Both the position numbers and the translations under genes were made by a program. A DNA stretch of 64,000 nucleotides from Camelus ferus. Lineage: Eukaryota. Positions 1-12,119 of this stretch are shown piece after piece (within the stretch, counting starts at the first letter, position 1; each line of letters opens with the position of its first letter). Below the pieces are notes generated by a model. It searched no databases. It had not been told where the DNA came from and worked only from the letters and a program-made list of their open reading frames with translations. The stretch covers positions 67,952,001 through 68,016,000 of the forward strand of contig NC_045704.1 of NCBI RefSeq assembly GCF_009834535.1, given 5' to 3'.

Positions 1-529
1 TCTACACCGGAAACAGGTTCATTGTCTAAAGTGGGTTTTTTTTTTTTTTTCCAGTTAATATATTTCAGTCAAGATCCAAAAAATATAGTTCAAGAAAGGA
101 GAATGGTAGAATGGTGTAAAATGACTTAAGATGTTCTAACCATTCAGTTCAAGTGTTAAAAGCAGGGAGAGTCTGCCTTAACTGAAGTGACCATTTCCAT
201 GTGACTTGGAGATTCTAGACAGGAGCTGATTAGGTCCTGATGGTCCATTTCCACTTCCCCTCATTACTGATAAAGACTTAGAGTTGAAGCATTAGGACCT
301 ATTCCCTGAGCTTTGGACTAACTACAGTTAAAATCTATGCTCCCTTGCTAAGAGGTAGGGCTTAACATTTATCTGCTTTATATATAATATATTAAATTAT
401 ATATAAAGTTTCCATGACTTGCCTCCAAAATATTTGATTACTTCCATTCCTATGGCCCCAGAACACTCAGTTAATACCTCTATTAGGGTTCTAATCTAAT
501 GCTATGAATATTTTTTTTCCATGACTCTC

Positions 530-630
530 TATTAGACTATCTCCAAGGACAGAGACTTCATCGTATTCATCACTGTGTCCAGCATCAAATGCAGTAGATG
601 TTCAGTTAACATTTTTGAGATGAATGACTA
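530..630 (+). mobile_element. L2 LINE 3' end fragment
   Basis: Decayed match to the L2 3' terminus (tagactatctccaaggacagagact...gtagatgttcagttaacatttttgagatgaatga). Confidence 0.55.
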
Positions 631-737
631 ATCATGCATGGTAGTAGCACGTGACTGGCTCTTTAAGCTTTAAAGCACTTTAATCTGTTTGTTTTGTAAC
701 TGTAACACATGTACGCTCTTGGGGAAGCAAACAGGTT

Positions 738-838
738 TATTATCCCCGTTTCACACATGAGGAATTCAAGCTGAAGAGGTAAGGTGGCTTGCACAGGTTA
801 CGCAGCCATGAAGAGATGGAACTGGAACCTGGGTTTTC
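738..838 (-). mobile_element. MIR SINE fragment
   Basis: attatccccgtttcacacatgaggaa...gcacaggttacgcagc resembles the antisense MIR core. Confidence 0.65.
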
Positions 839-1758
839 TCATATCAGTTCTTTCTCTTTTCTCTCTGCATTGCTGAGCCTTTCCAAGGAGAGGCTTTAAA
901 AGGGGAGGAGACAGGGAGCACTGGGCCCTCCAGAGAAGTATGGAGTAAATGAGATTTTGTCTCAGAACATGGAAGCTGGGAATAGAGGTGAAAAACTACA
1001 TCCACTGCCAATTTTGTCTAGAGTAGCCTTGAAAGCTAACATTTTATAAAGACACCACTGAGCTCAGATTTCCACGAAGGGCAGGTCAGCAGTAATCCTG
1101 GCATTATGTGCTCTCAGGCCTGTGACCACAACATAAATGCCAGTGAAAGAAATCTTACAGTCAGTTTGTGAACTCCATTTGAAAGTGCAGGTGTGGTTGT
1201 AAACAGCTAGGAATACAGGGAGTGTGAGCTACCAGGGCAGATGTTAAATATTCATCTCATGAAAGGATCATTGGGGTTTATAATAGTATTGACTGCACTC
1301 TAGTTCTATTTTCTTGGTTCAAAAAAAAAAAAAAAGCCTTCTGTTGCTATAGACTCCAAGTGTAAGTTTTTAAAATTCTGTGTTTAGGGGAAATAAATGT
1401 TATTCATTGTGGCAGAATTCAATATGCTTTCAATAATGGGCAGGTAAAGTGGAGTCTTAGGAAGTAAGTGCTGTGATGGCTAAATTAGTCTGACAGATGT
1501 CCCCTCTTCCATTTTTAGGGCAAGAGCTCTTTTACTTAGGCTCTGTGGGGTGGTACATAAAGGTCAGGTTAAAAAAAAAAGGAAGAAAGAATGAAAGAAT
1601 GTAGTGGGAATAAGACGTCTGCTGTCTATTAAACATACAGAACTTTTGCTTCCCCACCTCCTCCCCCTAGCCCCCGATGTGTTGATCGAACGCCTTTGGG
1701 TTATTCCCTTCTGTCCTATAACGGGTCGGCATATATCGTATGTTACAGCAGGGGTTTA

Positions 1759-1769
1759 AAGATGGCGGC
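1759..1769 (+). promoter_or_regulatory. YY1 consensus site in a repeat-free, CpG-containing block
   Basis: AAGATGGCGGC matches the extended YY1 motif; several CpGs at 1676-1770. Confidence 0.5.
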
Positions 1770-2430
1770 CAGCAAATGTCAGTGCCTTCTTTTCTTACAG
1801 CACCTAAAAAATTGGAATTTGCTGCTCTGCTTTCTGGTGTTTACATGTGCATGGGGGTCTCTGACACAATCTCTGTGATTTCTCTTTGTATATGCATAGC
1901 AATTTGTTGCAAAAACCTTGCATTCGGTTGTTGAGTTACATCTCCTAGTGCAGACACTTTCTTTCAAAGGTCTTTGGGAAAGGAAACGCCACTGTGTGCA
2001 GTCATTATCTCCATAAAAGAAGTCACCAAATGGTGTCACCGCCTTTCTTCTCCCTGCCTCCTTGCTTCAGCTCCCTGACTACGGTTTCTAAGTGCATCCT
2101 CAGCTCTGTTCTTTCTTTTATTGGTTTTCCCTTTGTCATTCAGTTATTCATCCACCAGAAACAACAACCACCACAAAAACTGGCTGTTTGTCCAAATGAC
2201 CTTTCCACTGTCTTATCCTCCTGTCTGGCTCCGTTCTGTGATAACAGCATGGAAAATCCATAATTTATCTTCAGGACAAGGCATCTTTTGGATATTTATT
2301 AAATTTTGTACATGACACATTGGAAAACTTTGATGAAATGACCCCAGAAGTACTTTATTCTCTCTTTTTGTTTTACTATTATTTTTCTTTTTTAGTGGCT
2401 GGCGAAAATAGGAAAACGTGGGGGTAGCCA

Positions 2431-2722
2431 NNNNNNNNNNNNNNNNNNNNNNNNNNNNNNNNNNNNNNNNNNNNNNNNNNNNNNNNNNNNNNNNNNNNNN
2501 NNNNNNNNNNNNNNNNNNNNNNNNNNNNNNNNNNNNNNNNNNNNNNNNNNNNNNNNNNNNNNNNNNNNNNNNNNNNNNNNNNNNNNNNNNNNNNNNNNNN
2601 NNNNNNNNNNNNNNNNNNNNNNNNNNNNNNNNNNNNNNNNNNNNNNNNNNNNNNNNNNNNNNNNNNNNNNNNNNNNNNNNNNNNNNNNNNNNNNNNNNNN
2701 NNNNNNNNNNNNNNNNNNNNNN
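2431..2722. other. Assembly gap (292 N)
   Basis: Run of N. Confidence 1.
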
Positions 2723-3714
2723 CCCGTGTGGCTGTTCTACCCAGTCTAGCATCTCCTGCAGATTTCCCATGGCTTTTCAAGTCTTCTTGCTCACGTTAAA
2801 ACTCTTCATCACAAAGTGAAGAATCCCCTATTTTGTGCTGTGGCTTTACATACTGGTGTTTTGTGCAAAAAAGGACTGACTGTAATAAACTGAGCAAGGG
2901 TGGCCCAATTTAGCATGGTTAAATAAGAAAAGGAAAGCATGAATGAGATATAAAAAGAAAAGACGAATGAATAAAGATGAAGTGGGTCTGTTGCTTAAGC
3001 TGTAAAAATATCTTGCATAAATTAGAAGACATTTTCCTTCCAAAAGGGAACTCAGTGAAATGATGGGTTAGGAGTTTTCAGACAAAAATCCAGGTATGAT
3101 TATGGAAAGCGTTAACAGGAGAGCTGAGGAGTGAAAAGTTAATTTCCTGGACTCAGATCGAAGTAGAACATATTCGGAAACACTCGGGAGCCCTCATCTC
3201 ACCGCCATTGCTTTGTGTCTGAAGATGCTAATTGGATGTAGCAATCAATGTCTTTTGTTTTCAGCTGTCAGCACTTTTCTGAAAGGCTCTGCCCAGTGCT
3301 AGAGAGAGGAGCTCTTAAGAAAGCCTCACTTTTTGGTAGCTATGATTATTATGGTTTCCTCTTGGAATGGGAGAATTAATTGCAATTTTGGAAAACAAAA
3401 ATCATGGCAGTGAGGTTTTCAAATGTGAGGCCAAACATAGATAGCTTTCTAAAAAAAACAAAAAAAAAACAGACCGATGTAGGGGTGGGTGCCCCACTGG
3501 CACAGGTTAAAAAGAAAAAGCTGTATCAAAGGGAGCCGGCAATGAGGCTTTTTGTTTTTTTTCAGTCAGTATATAGACTGTTTATTTTATCATAAAGGAA
3601 GATTTTCGTGTTCTTTTTGTCTCTCCCCCAGGCGTTGAGAGTTGCTTTCTTAGTTGCTTCCTTAACGATTTGTGTAATAGGTTTCACTCACTGAGGCCCA
3701 GTTGGTAGGTTCAT

Positions 3715-3862
3715 NNNNNNNNNNNNNNNNNNNNNNNNNNNNNNNNNNNNNNNNNNNNNNNNNNNNNNNNNNNNNNNNNNNNNNNNNNNNNNNNNNNNNN
3801 NNNNNNNNNNNNNNNNNNNNNNNNNNNNNNNNNNNNNNNNNNNNNNNNNNNNNNNNNNNNNN
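3715..3862. other. Assembly gap (148 N)
   Basis: Run of N. Confidence 1.
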
Positions 3863-4000
3863 CTGCCCAGCCTTGCCAGGACCACGTTCAGACGCCCCTC
3901 CCCGCGCCCTCGGCCCGGTCAGCGGCCGTGTTTATCCGCACCGCTGAAGGAATGCAGATGAGAGGCGTGCTGCCCGGGGACGCAGGAAAGTTTACCTTGT
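3863..4000. promoter_or_regulatory. CpG-dense patch, candidate enhancer or edge of a CpG island
   Basis: About ten CpGs in 3881-3950; TGTTTAT (FOX-like) at 3929-3935; GGAATG (TEAD-like) at 3949-3954. Confidence 0.4.
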
Positions 4001-6240
4001 TTAATCGAGTTTACAGTCTCCCTGGAGTCTGCCTGGAATACACTTCAAGGGAGTCTCGCGCAGCCTTACAGGTTAATCCTTGTTCACGCTGGGTTTGACT
4101 CCTATCAGACCTGGCAGGCCGAGGCACCTGAAGCCTGTCCCTGACAAGGCGCTGGGAAAAGATGGACTGCCACTGACCTGGGCGAAATGAGCCAGTTGCG
4201 CCCAGCTGATAAAACTGGAGATTTAGTGGAGCGGACAGGTCTGAGCTTAAACAGGCTTCTTTGTCTATTGAAGCCCTGTCTGTCACTGGGATCAGTCATC
4301 TCTCCTGTCAGGCGTCATCAACTGAAACAATGGAGTGGCGTCTGAGTTTAGCAGCAGAGAGGCCCGTGTCAGGTAACAGATAGGAAGGTGCTAGTCTGCC
4401 CAGTCGGGTTGGGTCCTCTGGTGTCCCCTGGCCTGCGCTCTGAGAGGGGGGTTGCTACTCCAGGTGCGGGAGAGAGCCATGAAGACTTTGGAGCTGAAGT
4501 GACAATAATGAATTAGGAGGAAAATGGCTTCAGTGCTGATTCAATACAAGAAGTGGTAGGTTATGGCTAAAACAATAGCTTCCCTCCTGTTGGGGTTTCC
4601 ACCTTCATTTGTCTTTAATACGTCTCTGCTACCTGACGCTTCGCTATGTTGGGGGACAGGAATAGGCTCCCAGAGAAGAAAATGTAAGCTGAACGTATGA
4701 AAAATTCATCCGCTATGGTTTCTTCTTCAGGGAACGATGGTAAATGAGGCAATTGAATTACTGAATGTTTTCTGTGCATGGCCCGAGCCCTGGAGAACAA
4801 GTCTGTAAGGCTAGGAGAGCCCCAAACTAGGAAGTGGATGTTATGACGACAGTGGAGGATTTAAATAAGATGCCTAACAGACTAGCACAGAGCCCTTGGC
4901 GTCTCTGTGGGTCCCCGGGGCCCTGCGCGGAGCCTGGTATGGAGGAGGCCCTCAGCAGACGTTTTGCTGAAGGAATGAATATGCATATATTGATTTTTGG
5001 CAGTTATTTAATTTGTCTTTGTGGTGTTCTCTGGACACAAAACAGAGCTCTAGAATGATATATATGCTTAACTTTTCCGTAATTTATTATTGCATTTTCT
5101 TTTTAGAGGAGAAGGTTGCAGCTTTGTAAAAATGTATTGCTGCTATATATTGAAGCTAAGGGAACGTCACCACGTCAATCAGGTCCCACGACAGGACTCT
5201 CTCTTCGGTGTGTGGGAGGGCACCGGCCGTAAATGTTCCTTCTGACGTGTCCCCCGGCACCGATAGCTCTCTCCTCTTCCACTTCCCCCTTATTTGATCG
5301 GTTGGTTTATTTCTTACCTGAGTGGGTTCCCCGGTCCTCTTGCATAAACCTGCTGAGTGGGAGGTGTGAATCAGGACACACAGAAGCAGTCTGCTGCTAA
5401 ATCACAAGATGGCCTTGGTAAGTTGACCAGCTGTTTGGTTCTGCTCGACTGTCCCATTTTTAGCAATGGAGGTCCCATCCCACATCCTGGGAAACCCCTC
5501 AGTCTGAGGCAAAGAGAAACAGTTGGCCACCCCAGGCTTGGCACTTGACATGGCAAGTCTTTGACCTTTCTGCTGTGGGTTTCAGGTGAATGCTGAACTT
5601 CTGCAGTTACATGGCTTGAAGATTGAGAAGGATTATGATACAATTCACGATTTTGCTAATAATAATAATAATAGTAATAACATGAAAACAACAGTCATGT
5701 AGATTAGAAATCACCCACCTGGTGGTCCTGTTAAACTCACTTCAGACTCACGAAGCACATTTAGTGTCGGCTTACAAGGATCTGGTGTAGGAAGCACGGC
5801 TTTTGGCGGAGTGGGGTCAGCAGTGCCCTCCTGTGGGGAACCCAGCAGCTCCTCTGGGCTGTCAGGCCCAGCGTCCTTGCTTCCATCTGCTCTGATGACA
5901 TGAGCTGTAATGAGCTCGCTGGCGGTGGAGTGATTTGTTGGTATTTTCGCACTAGCTTATGGCTTCCTTAGGGGCAAGGCCTGGCCTTATTCAGCCATAC
6001 CTTCTCCCCAGGACCTTGTGGCTTTGTGGGTAGGGCAGTCTTTTGGCTTCTTGGAGGCTGGCAGTGGTATTGGTATGTAAAAGCCCACGTTTGCCGTTCT
6101 TTCCTCCCGCTTTCCCCTCTTCTCCATCTTCCCCCACCCACCGCCACCTTTGGAGTTTACTCTGGCTCTCTCCCGCGGGAAGTGGGTGGGGTAAACCTCA
6201 GTCACTTACATGGGGATGACAGACCAGGTCTCCCTGATAC

Positions 6241-6242
<2 letters not shown>

Positions 6243-6296
<54 letters not shown>

Positions 6297-6303
6297 TACA
6301 TGT
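6243..6303. repeat. (TG)n microsatellite extended by an alternating purine-pyrimidine tail
   Basis: (TG)22 at 6243-6286 followed by cgcgcatgcgtacatgt. Confidence 0.95.
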
Positions 6304-6634
6304 TGGTACATAGGGGAGAAGAGGGGCACGTGGCAGCCCCATTCATATCTGTGTATCTTTTTTATACAGGCAGATTTTTATACCTTGGCACTTGTCTATT
6401 TCTTCCAAACCACCTAACCTCTGGGAGGAAAAAAAAAATCGTTGTTCTGTTGCCTAACAGCAGCTGTTCCAGCTGTTTGGAGAGAGGGCATATGTAAATA
6501 CCCCAAAGGTCTGATGCTTTAAAGGATGAAACTTTATTTAATGGCTAATGTTTTTATTTGCAATAATTTAAATCTCTTGCTACTGAAAGCACTGTGGCAT
6601 GTTAGGTGAAGCCACAGTGAATACAGATGCCAGC

Positions 6635-6805
6635 CTCGCTGTGCTCCTGGGCAGGTAGAGCAGACTTCCTGAGCTTTATTTTCCTCAAGTAGGAAGTGGG
6701 ATAATGACTACCAAGAAGGGTTTTCTGTGAGGTTTAGTTAGAAGGGTTGAGTGAAATAACAGTCTCTGGCCCACCGTGATGGCTCTGTAAATGGCAGCTA
6801 TTAAA
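6635..6805 (+). mobile_element. MIR SINE fragment
   Basis: ctgagctttattttcctcaagtaggaagtgggataatgac...gtgaggtttag...aaatggcagctatta. Confidence 0.55.
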
Positions 6806-7805
6806 AGTAAGAGAGACAGTTTGGTTCCGCCCAGGCAAGTGCTTTCGGATGTTGCCTCTGTGTAGCAGTGAAATGGGCTGCCCCTGGGTCAGTGAGCTCC
6901 GCGTCACCGGAGGCTCTGAGGACGGGGCTGGGGCCTTATCTGTCTGGGATATAATGAAGGGAATGTCTACACAGTGTAGATTTCTGTCATTTAGTAAGCC
7001 ATACTGAGAGTTTGGTAATTCTCATCTAAACCTCTTTTAATAAAAACACTGGAATTAAAAGAAACACTTTCTGATAGTTCTCAGTGTAAATACATGAAGC
7101 TGGTAGACTGAGCAGACAAGTACAGCCAGGAATCCATTTCCAGAGCAGCAAGACCATCCTTTCAGAATGACGGCTGTTCTTCTGCTTGTCCAGGCTGCGC
7201 TGGGAGGGACTGGAGGACGGAAGGCTCTGGAACGGGGGGTGTCCTACTTTACTTTGTCCTCATGGCCCCTGAGTTTTCAGTTCTAGCCCTAGGATTCCCT
7301 TCACTGCCAGAGGGCTAGTGAGGGGCTTTCAGCGAGGAAGGCTCCAAGGCATGGGCGGGCTTTTCACCCCGCAGCCCAGGAAGCCCCTGGCGAAGTGGGT
7401 GGTTCTTCTGGAAAGGTTGAGGGAGAAAGTTCGAGAGTGAGTTCATAATTTCCCGTGCTTATGTGCGTTGTGAATTCCTATGTGTTAGTTTTGCTGTGAT
7501 AGTATTTGAAAGGATTTCCAATAATAGTCCTCTTATATGAGGTTCAAGATGACTCCACTATGATGACTTTTGAGTGTCTGTATATAATGTGAAAAAAGTG
7601 ATCCTGTTTTTGAAGTTTGAAGAACAATGTTTTGCTAATTTTAGTAGTCTGGGTCCCACAGACCATCAGCTATGGGGCTGTTAGCTTAATATCATCAGCA
7701 CTTTTTGTGTTTTTAGTACTAGAGAATGTAACTTACTTTTAAACGATGGTGCTTTAAAGTTTGTGAAGGTGCTGAAGACCTCAAGTTATCTACAGAAGAG
7801 ATAAA

Positions 7806-7930
7806 CCTTTTTTATTGGTGTGTAATTGACATACAACATTTTATTGGTTTTAGGTGTACAGTATAATGATTCAACATTTGTATATATTGAAATTACAATT
7901 TTTAAGATAAAATTTGAGGTGTACAGCATT
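7806..7930 (-). mobile_element. L1 3' terminal fragment
   Basis: ttttttattggtgtgtaattgacatacaacatt...ggtgtacagtataatgattc is the antisense of a mammalian L1 tail. Confidence 0.7.
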
Positions 7931-8404
7931 TTCTTTAAAACATCTGGATTCTAAAATATTCAGAAAATTTTTTGGAAACAGTATTTTTTGCTACTTGGCT
8001 GAATCCAAGGTGTTTGGAAATTGCTCAGAACCATTTGGGCAACATCTGATCACTTTCTACTTGAAATAATATTTTAGTGTCGCTGATATGAAATGTAATA
8101 GAGTCTTACATTTAGGCTTTCCAGTTTACCCTCAAATTCTCCTTCCCATTAATGATGTGACTTCCATTTTAAGATTTCAAGTTTCAGTGGGATTTTTATT
8201 AAAATATGAACTAGAACTACTTTCACATTTTTAACTGAAAAAATGTACAGAGATGAAATTCCAAATAAATACTACAGGTTGGAAGAGGTAGAAGACAACT
8301 ATTATCAGTGATTTATGGTTACTTTGCATCAAAGAGTTAAGGTGTCTAAAATATTATTTACTCTAAAAGATTTATTAGTTGAACATTTTAGATTTTCTCT
8401 GGAT

Positions 8405-8750
8405 GGATCAGTTAGGGTCCAGTCAGGGAAAAATCATTCTCTCTAGGCGTTTCAACAGAGAGAATTTAATACTGAAAATTGAAAATTGCTCCCACAGGTG
8501 AAGGGCTCAAAAGCCACACAGGGGATGGTATGGCATCCCAGATGGTAGTAAGAACAGGAAGCCACTACTGCCTCTGTGCTGGAATAACAAGAGAAGTTGG
8601 TGTCAGAATCCAGAATCTGGGTTGTCAGGTGGGAGATGGAACCACGGAAGGGAAAAAGAACTCTAGTAACACCTAGCTTCTCTGGAGTCACAGAGGACTT
8701 AGTCCCTGACCTTATCCAGTGGAGTTTGGGAGATGTGGTGCTTCAGAGCA
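8405..8750 (-). mobile_element. Old ERVL-MaLR LTR (MLT1K/L-like)
   Basis: gttagggtccagtcagg...ttcaacagagagaatttaata resembles an old MLT1 LTR end. Confidence 0.4.
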
Positions 8751-9634
8751 GAGCAGGAGAAAGATGGTGAATTTATGGAGGAACAAATGACTGAGACAGT
8801 GGGAATCACTGTAGACGTTGTTTGATGCATGAAGATATATGACCTTTTGGGCACCAGAAATGACGTAGCTGGCTTTTCATCACCTTCATCTTGGATAGCA
8901 TCTCCAGAATGGTGGCTGGTTTGCACTGATGACTCCTTCCTCACTCTCCTTACTTTGTATAGGTGCAATGTTGCCCATCCATAAGGAGCACAAAATAATC
9001 AAATACTTGAAGCCCAGGTGGCTGTACCCAAAATATGATGCTTAAAAGTGTGAGACACTAAATATTATGCTTGGTCCAGGCAATTCTCCTCATTCCAATA
9101 ACGTGGGAGCTAAAGAGTCCGCTGACTAGCAAGTGAATTCATTCATCTAAGACACAGACCAGGTAGACTCAACAGAGAGGTATGGCTTAGTGAACAAAGA
9201 CAAACTCAATATGTGGTTAAAAAGGCAACAGTCATTCTGAAGAGAGGCGAGGAGAGGAGTTTCAGACCTTGTGTGGGTCTGAACAAAGCTGGTAGGAACA
9301 GGATGTGCCAAAGCTACAGAAATACAACGATTAAAGGCCGGACACTTCAAGTGTAAACTTTGAGCAGTTGCTGACAGAGGGCCTGAGAAGTCTTTATAGT
9401 TGAAATAAAGTCTCAGATGAAAGAAAATAGCAATTCTAGTTTTTGATAGTCCAGGATGCAGAAGAGGATCTATGGATGATTTAGAAAATGATGAAAGAAA
9501 AAAAAAATCCAGACAGAATCAGAACATCCACATTTTCCGTACAGACTGATTAGTTCCCTAGTGGGAAGGGATAGGAAGGCAGTGCCTGAACAGTGCTGCA
9601 CATTTGGTTTATATTGTTAAAGATAATTTAACTA

Positions 9635-10140
9635 TTTAGTTTATTCAGGCATTCAACAACTATTGAATGTCCAGTATGTGCCAGGATAAAATGACAAACT
9701 GAATTAGACGTGGTCCATGCCTCTGGGAGCTTATAGTCTCAAAGAAGATACTAATTGGTGACCAGGACACTCTAGAAAAACCTGAGGTGCCATTACAGAG
9801 GAAGGGAGGGTCCTGAGGAGGTATCTTGGGGGAGTACCTAATCTAAGTGGAATGCAACGGGGTGGCGGGGGGAAGATTGGGGGGGGAAAGCCAATTAAGT
9901 TGAGCCTTCAAGGATGAGCAGGAGTTGTGCAAGAGAAGGGTAACTGGGGAGAGGATTCCAAGCAAGAGTATAGCATATAAAATTCCCACGGACAAGGAAA
10001 GCATGGTGTTTTTAAGGATCTGAAATAAATTCATAATAGCTGGTGCGTAGATAGTTATGCACTAAATGGCAAGGTAAGAGATGACAGAGGCAAGCAGGCT
10101 TCAAGTCCTTCTAAGTCATGTTAAGAAATTTAGATTTAAC
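9635..10140 (-). mobile_element. L2 LINE fragment
   Basis: attcaacaactattgaatgtccagtatgtgccagg...gagcttatagtc...ttgagccttcaaggatgagcaggagtt. Confidence 0.7.
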
Positions 10141-10990
10141 TCATTCATTCACTGGTCCATTTATTTATCCATTCAACACAGATTTTAGCTACTCTTACGG
10201 GACCCATATGCTAGGTGCTTGGTACAAAATGTTAAAATAGATATGTTCTGCATGCAAATAACCTAATAGTCCATCCGGAGAGAAAAAGGAAAAAGCAGTT
10301 TCAATAAAGCATGAAAAGTTCTATGATAGGGCAGCTAAGCTAACACTTGGTTGTCATGCAAATATGCGATAGAGGCATCTACTTGGATTTTGTCTGTGGA
10401 GATGGTGTTGATAGTGGTACCTGGGGAGATAAGGAAGATGTTCCAGAAGAAATGATCTTTAACATTAAACCTGAAGCATGATTAGGAATTAGGAGAGAAG
10501 ATGGAGGTAGCAGTGTTCTAAGCGTAGGAAAGAGCACGTGCAAAGAGCCGGGAGCACGAAAGAGTGTGCCTCATCTGAAGACATGAAAACAATCCTGTAT
10601 GACAAAAAAAGACAGGCTTTGAAGATAGTGTGTTTTAGTCTGCTTTGCAGGTACTGAATCTTTTACAAATTGAAGGTCCATGGCAACCCTGAGTTGTCAG
10701 ATGATGGTTAGTATTTTTTAGCAACATAATATTTTTAAATTAAGATATGTCTGTTGCTTTTTAGACATAAAGCTATTGCACACTTAATAGACCACACAGT
10801 AGTAAAGATAACTTTTGTATGCACCGGGAAAGCAAAACATTCGTGTGGCTCGCTTAATTGCCATATTCCCTTTATTGCAGTGGTCTGGAACTGGACTCGT
10901 GATATCTTCAAGGTTTGCCTGTAAAGGGTTTGAAACCATGTTAAGGAGTTTGCATGTATTCTAAGAGCAATGGGAAGAAACACGTAAGAG
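10141..10990 (-). mobile_element. L2 LINE fragment split by a Tigger element
   Basis: Starts tcattcattcac...cattcaacac and resumes after the Tigger as ccatgttaaggagtttgcatgtattctaagagcaatggga. Confidence 0.65.
10613..10921 (-). mobile_element. Internally deleted Tigger1-derived DNA transposon (TcMar-Tigger, Tigger1a-like)
   Basis: Both Tigger1 ends are present (ttttacaaattgaagg..ggcaaccctg; gctattgcacacttaatagac...gtggtctggaac...gcctg); caggc/gcctg termini; TA at the right junction. Confidence 0.85.
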
Positions 10991-12119
10991 CATTCAGCAA
11001 AACTACTGGATATAACTGTAAAGAAATCCATAGACATCCTATATGTTAGCAATAATCACTTAAATGTAATTGTGAACAAAAGGTATCAACAGTAATTTTG
11101 ATAATAATGGCAAATCCATACAAAGAGCTATGACTGGCGCCAAGTCCTCTGCTCTGAGGCCCCCTGCACACCTACGTCTCTGGTTCAGTGCTCTTCACTG
11201 CACTCTACTGTTCTAGAAACTTCACTGTACAATTCACGTCTTTATTGAAATGCTTTCTCTCTCGCTAGGCTTCTCAGTCCACCTTCACTCCAGCTGCAGG
11301 AGGGGCCAAGCATGTAGCCGGTCGGTAGCCTGGGGATGGGCAGCAGCAAGTCTGCCCAGGGCCCCGCGGGCTGGGACCTTCCAACCTCAGCGCGTGGGGA
11401 AGGGCCGTGGCCGCCCGAGTCTGGGTCCTGTCCCGATGCCCCTCCTTAACCTTGCTGCTTCATTTCCAGCCTGTTGCTTTTCCACCTGCCCTCATTCTTG
11501 CTATTTCAAGTTCTCCCTGCTCAACAGCTGATTTCTTTCCAGTGCTTATGGATCATTTCCATCCTGCATGTACAGTACTGGATAACATACTGACATTTTA
11601 AAATGCAATTTTACGATTCTATGGACATGCACATAAGTTTCCCAGCACACTGGCCACAATGAACACATTTCCATCAGTAAAGGCAAGGTGCGTGGACGGC
11701 CCAGATGCTAGCTGGTTGACGACACTCTCTAAACCTTAGTTAAATGACCTAACGTGCTACTTTGGAATTACCATAATGCCTTTGGGAAAGCCATTTATCT
11801 GGCTATGTTTAATTTTCTAAGGCAATAGCTTCAAGAAAAAAAAAAAAAACCAGGGAGGATTTATTTGCTCAATACTTTCTGTAGTGACATTTTTATTTTG
11901 TATTAAACATATGTACTATATAAATTCAGTGCTTCCACATTTTATCATAGTTTAGGTATATTTAAAATATCACATGCTATCAGCCTAAGCATGAAACTTG
12001 TTTACGGAATTTCTTCCTGAGCCGAGTCCAGACACTCCTTAACTTAGAACAAATCACACATAAAAATGAAGATAAAATGCCCACATCCAGAGCAAGGCGA
12101 GTAAATATTGCCATGGGTG

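Noticed and set aside
2213-2819. Long ORFs spanning N-runs here and at 53557-53967, 54865-55306 and 55504-56404
   Set aside because: Artefacts of translating through assembly gaps
11535-11590. tacagtactggataac resembles miR-101 (one base missing) within a weak hairpin
   Set aside because: The fold has a large asymmetric internal loop and the flanks do not match a mir-101 precursor; probably chance
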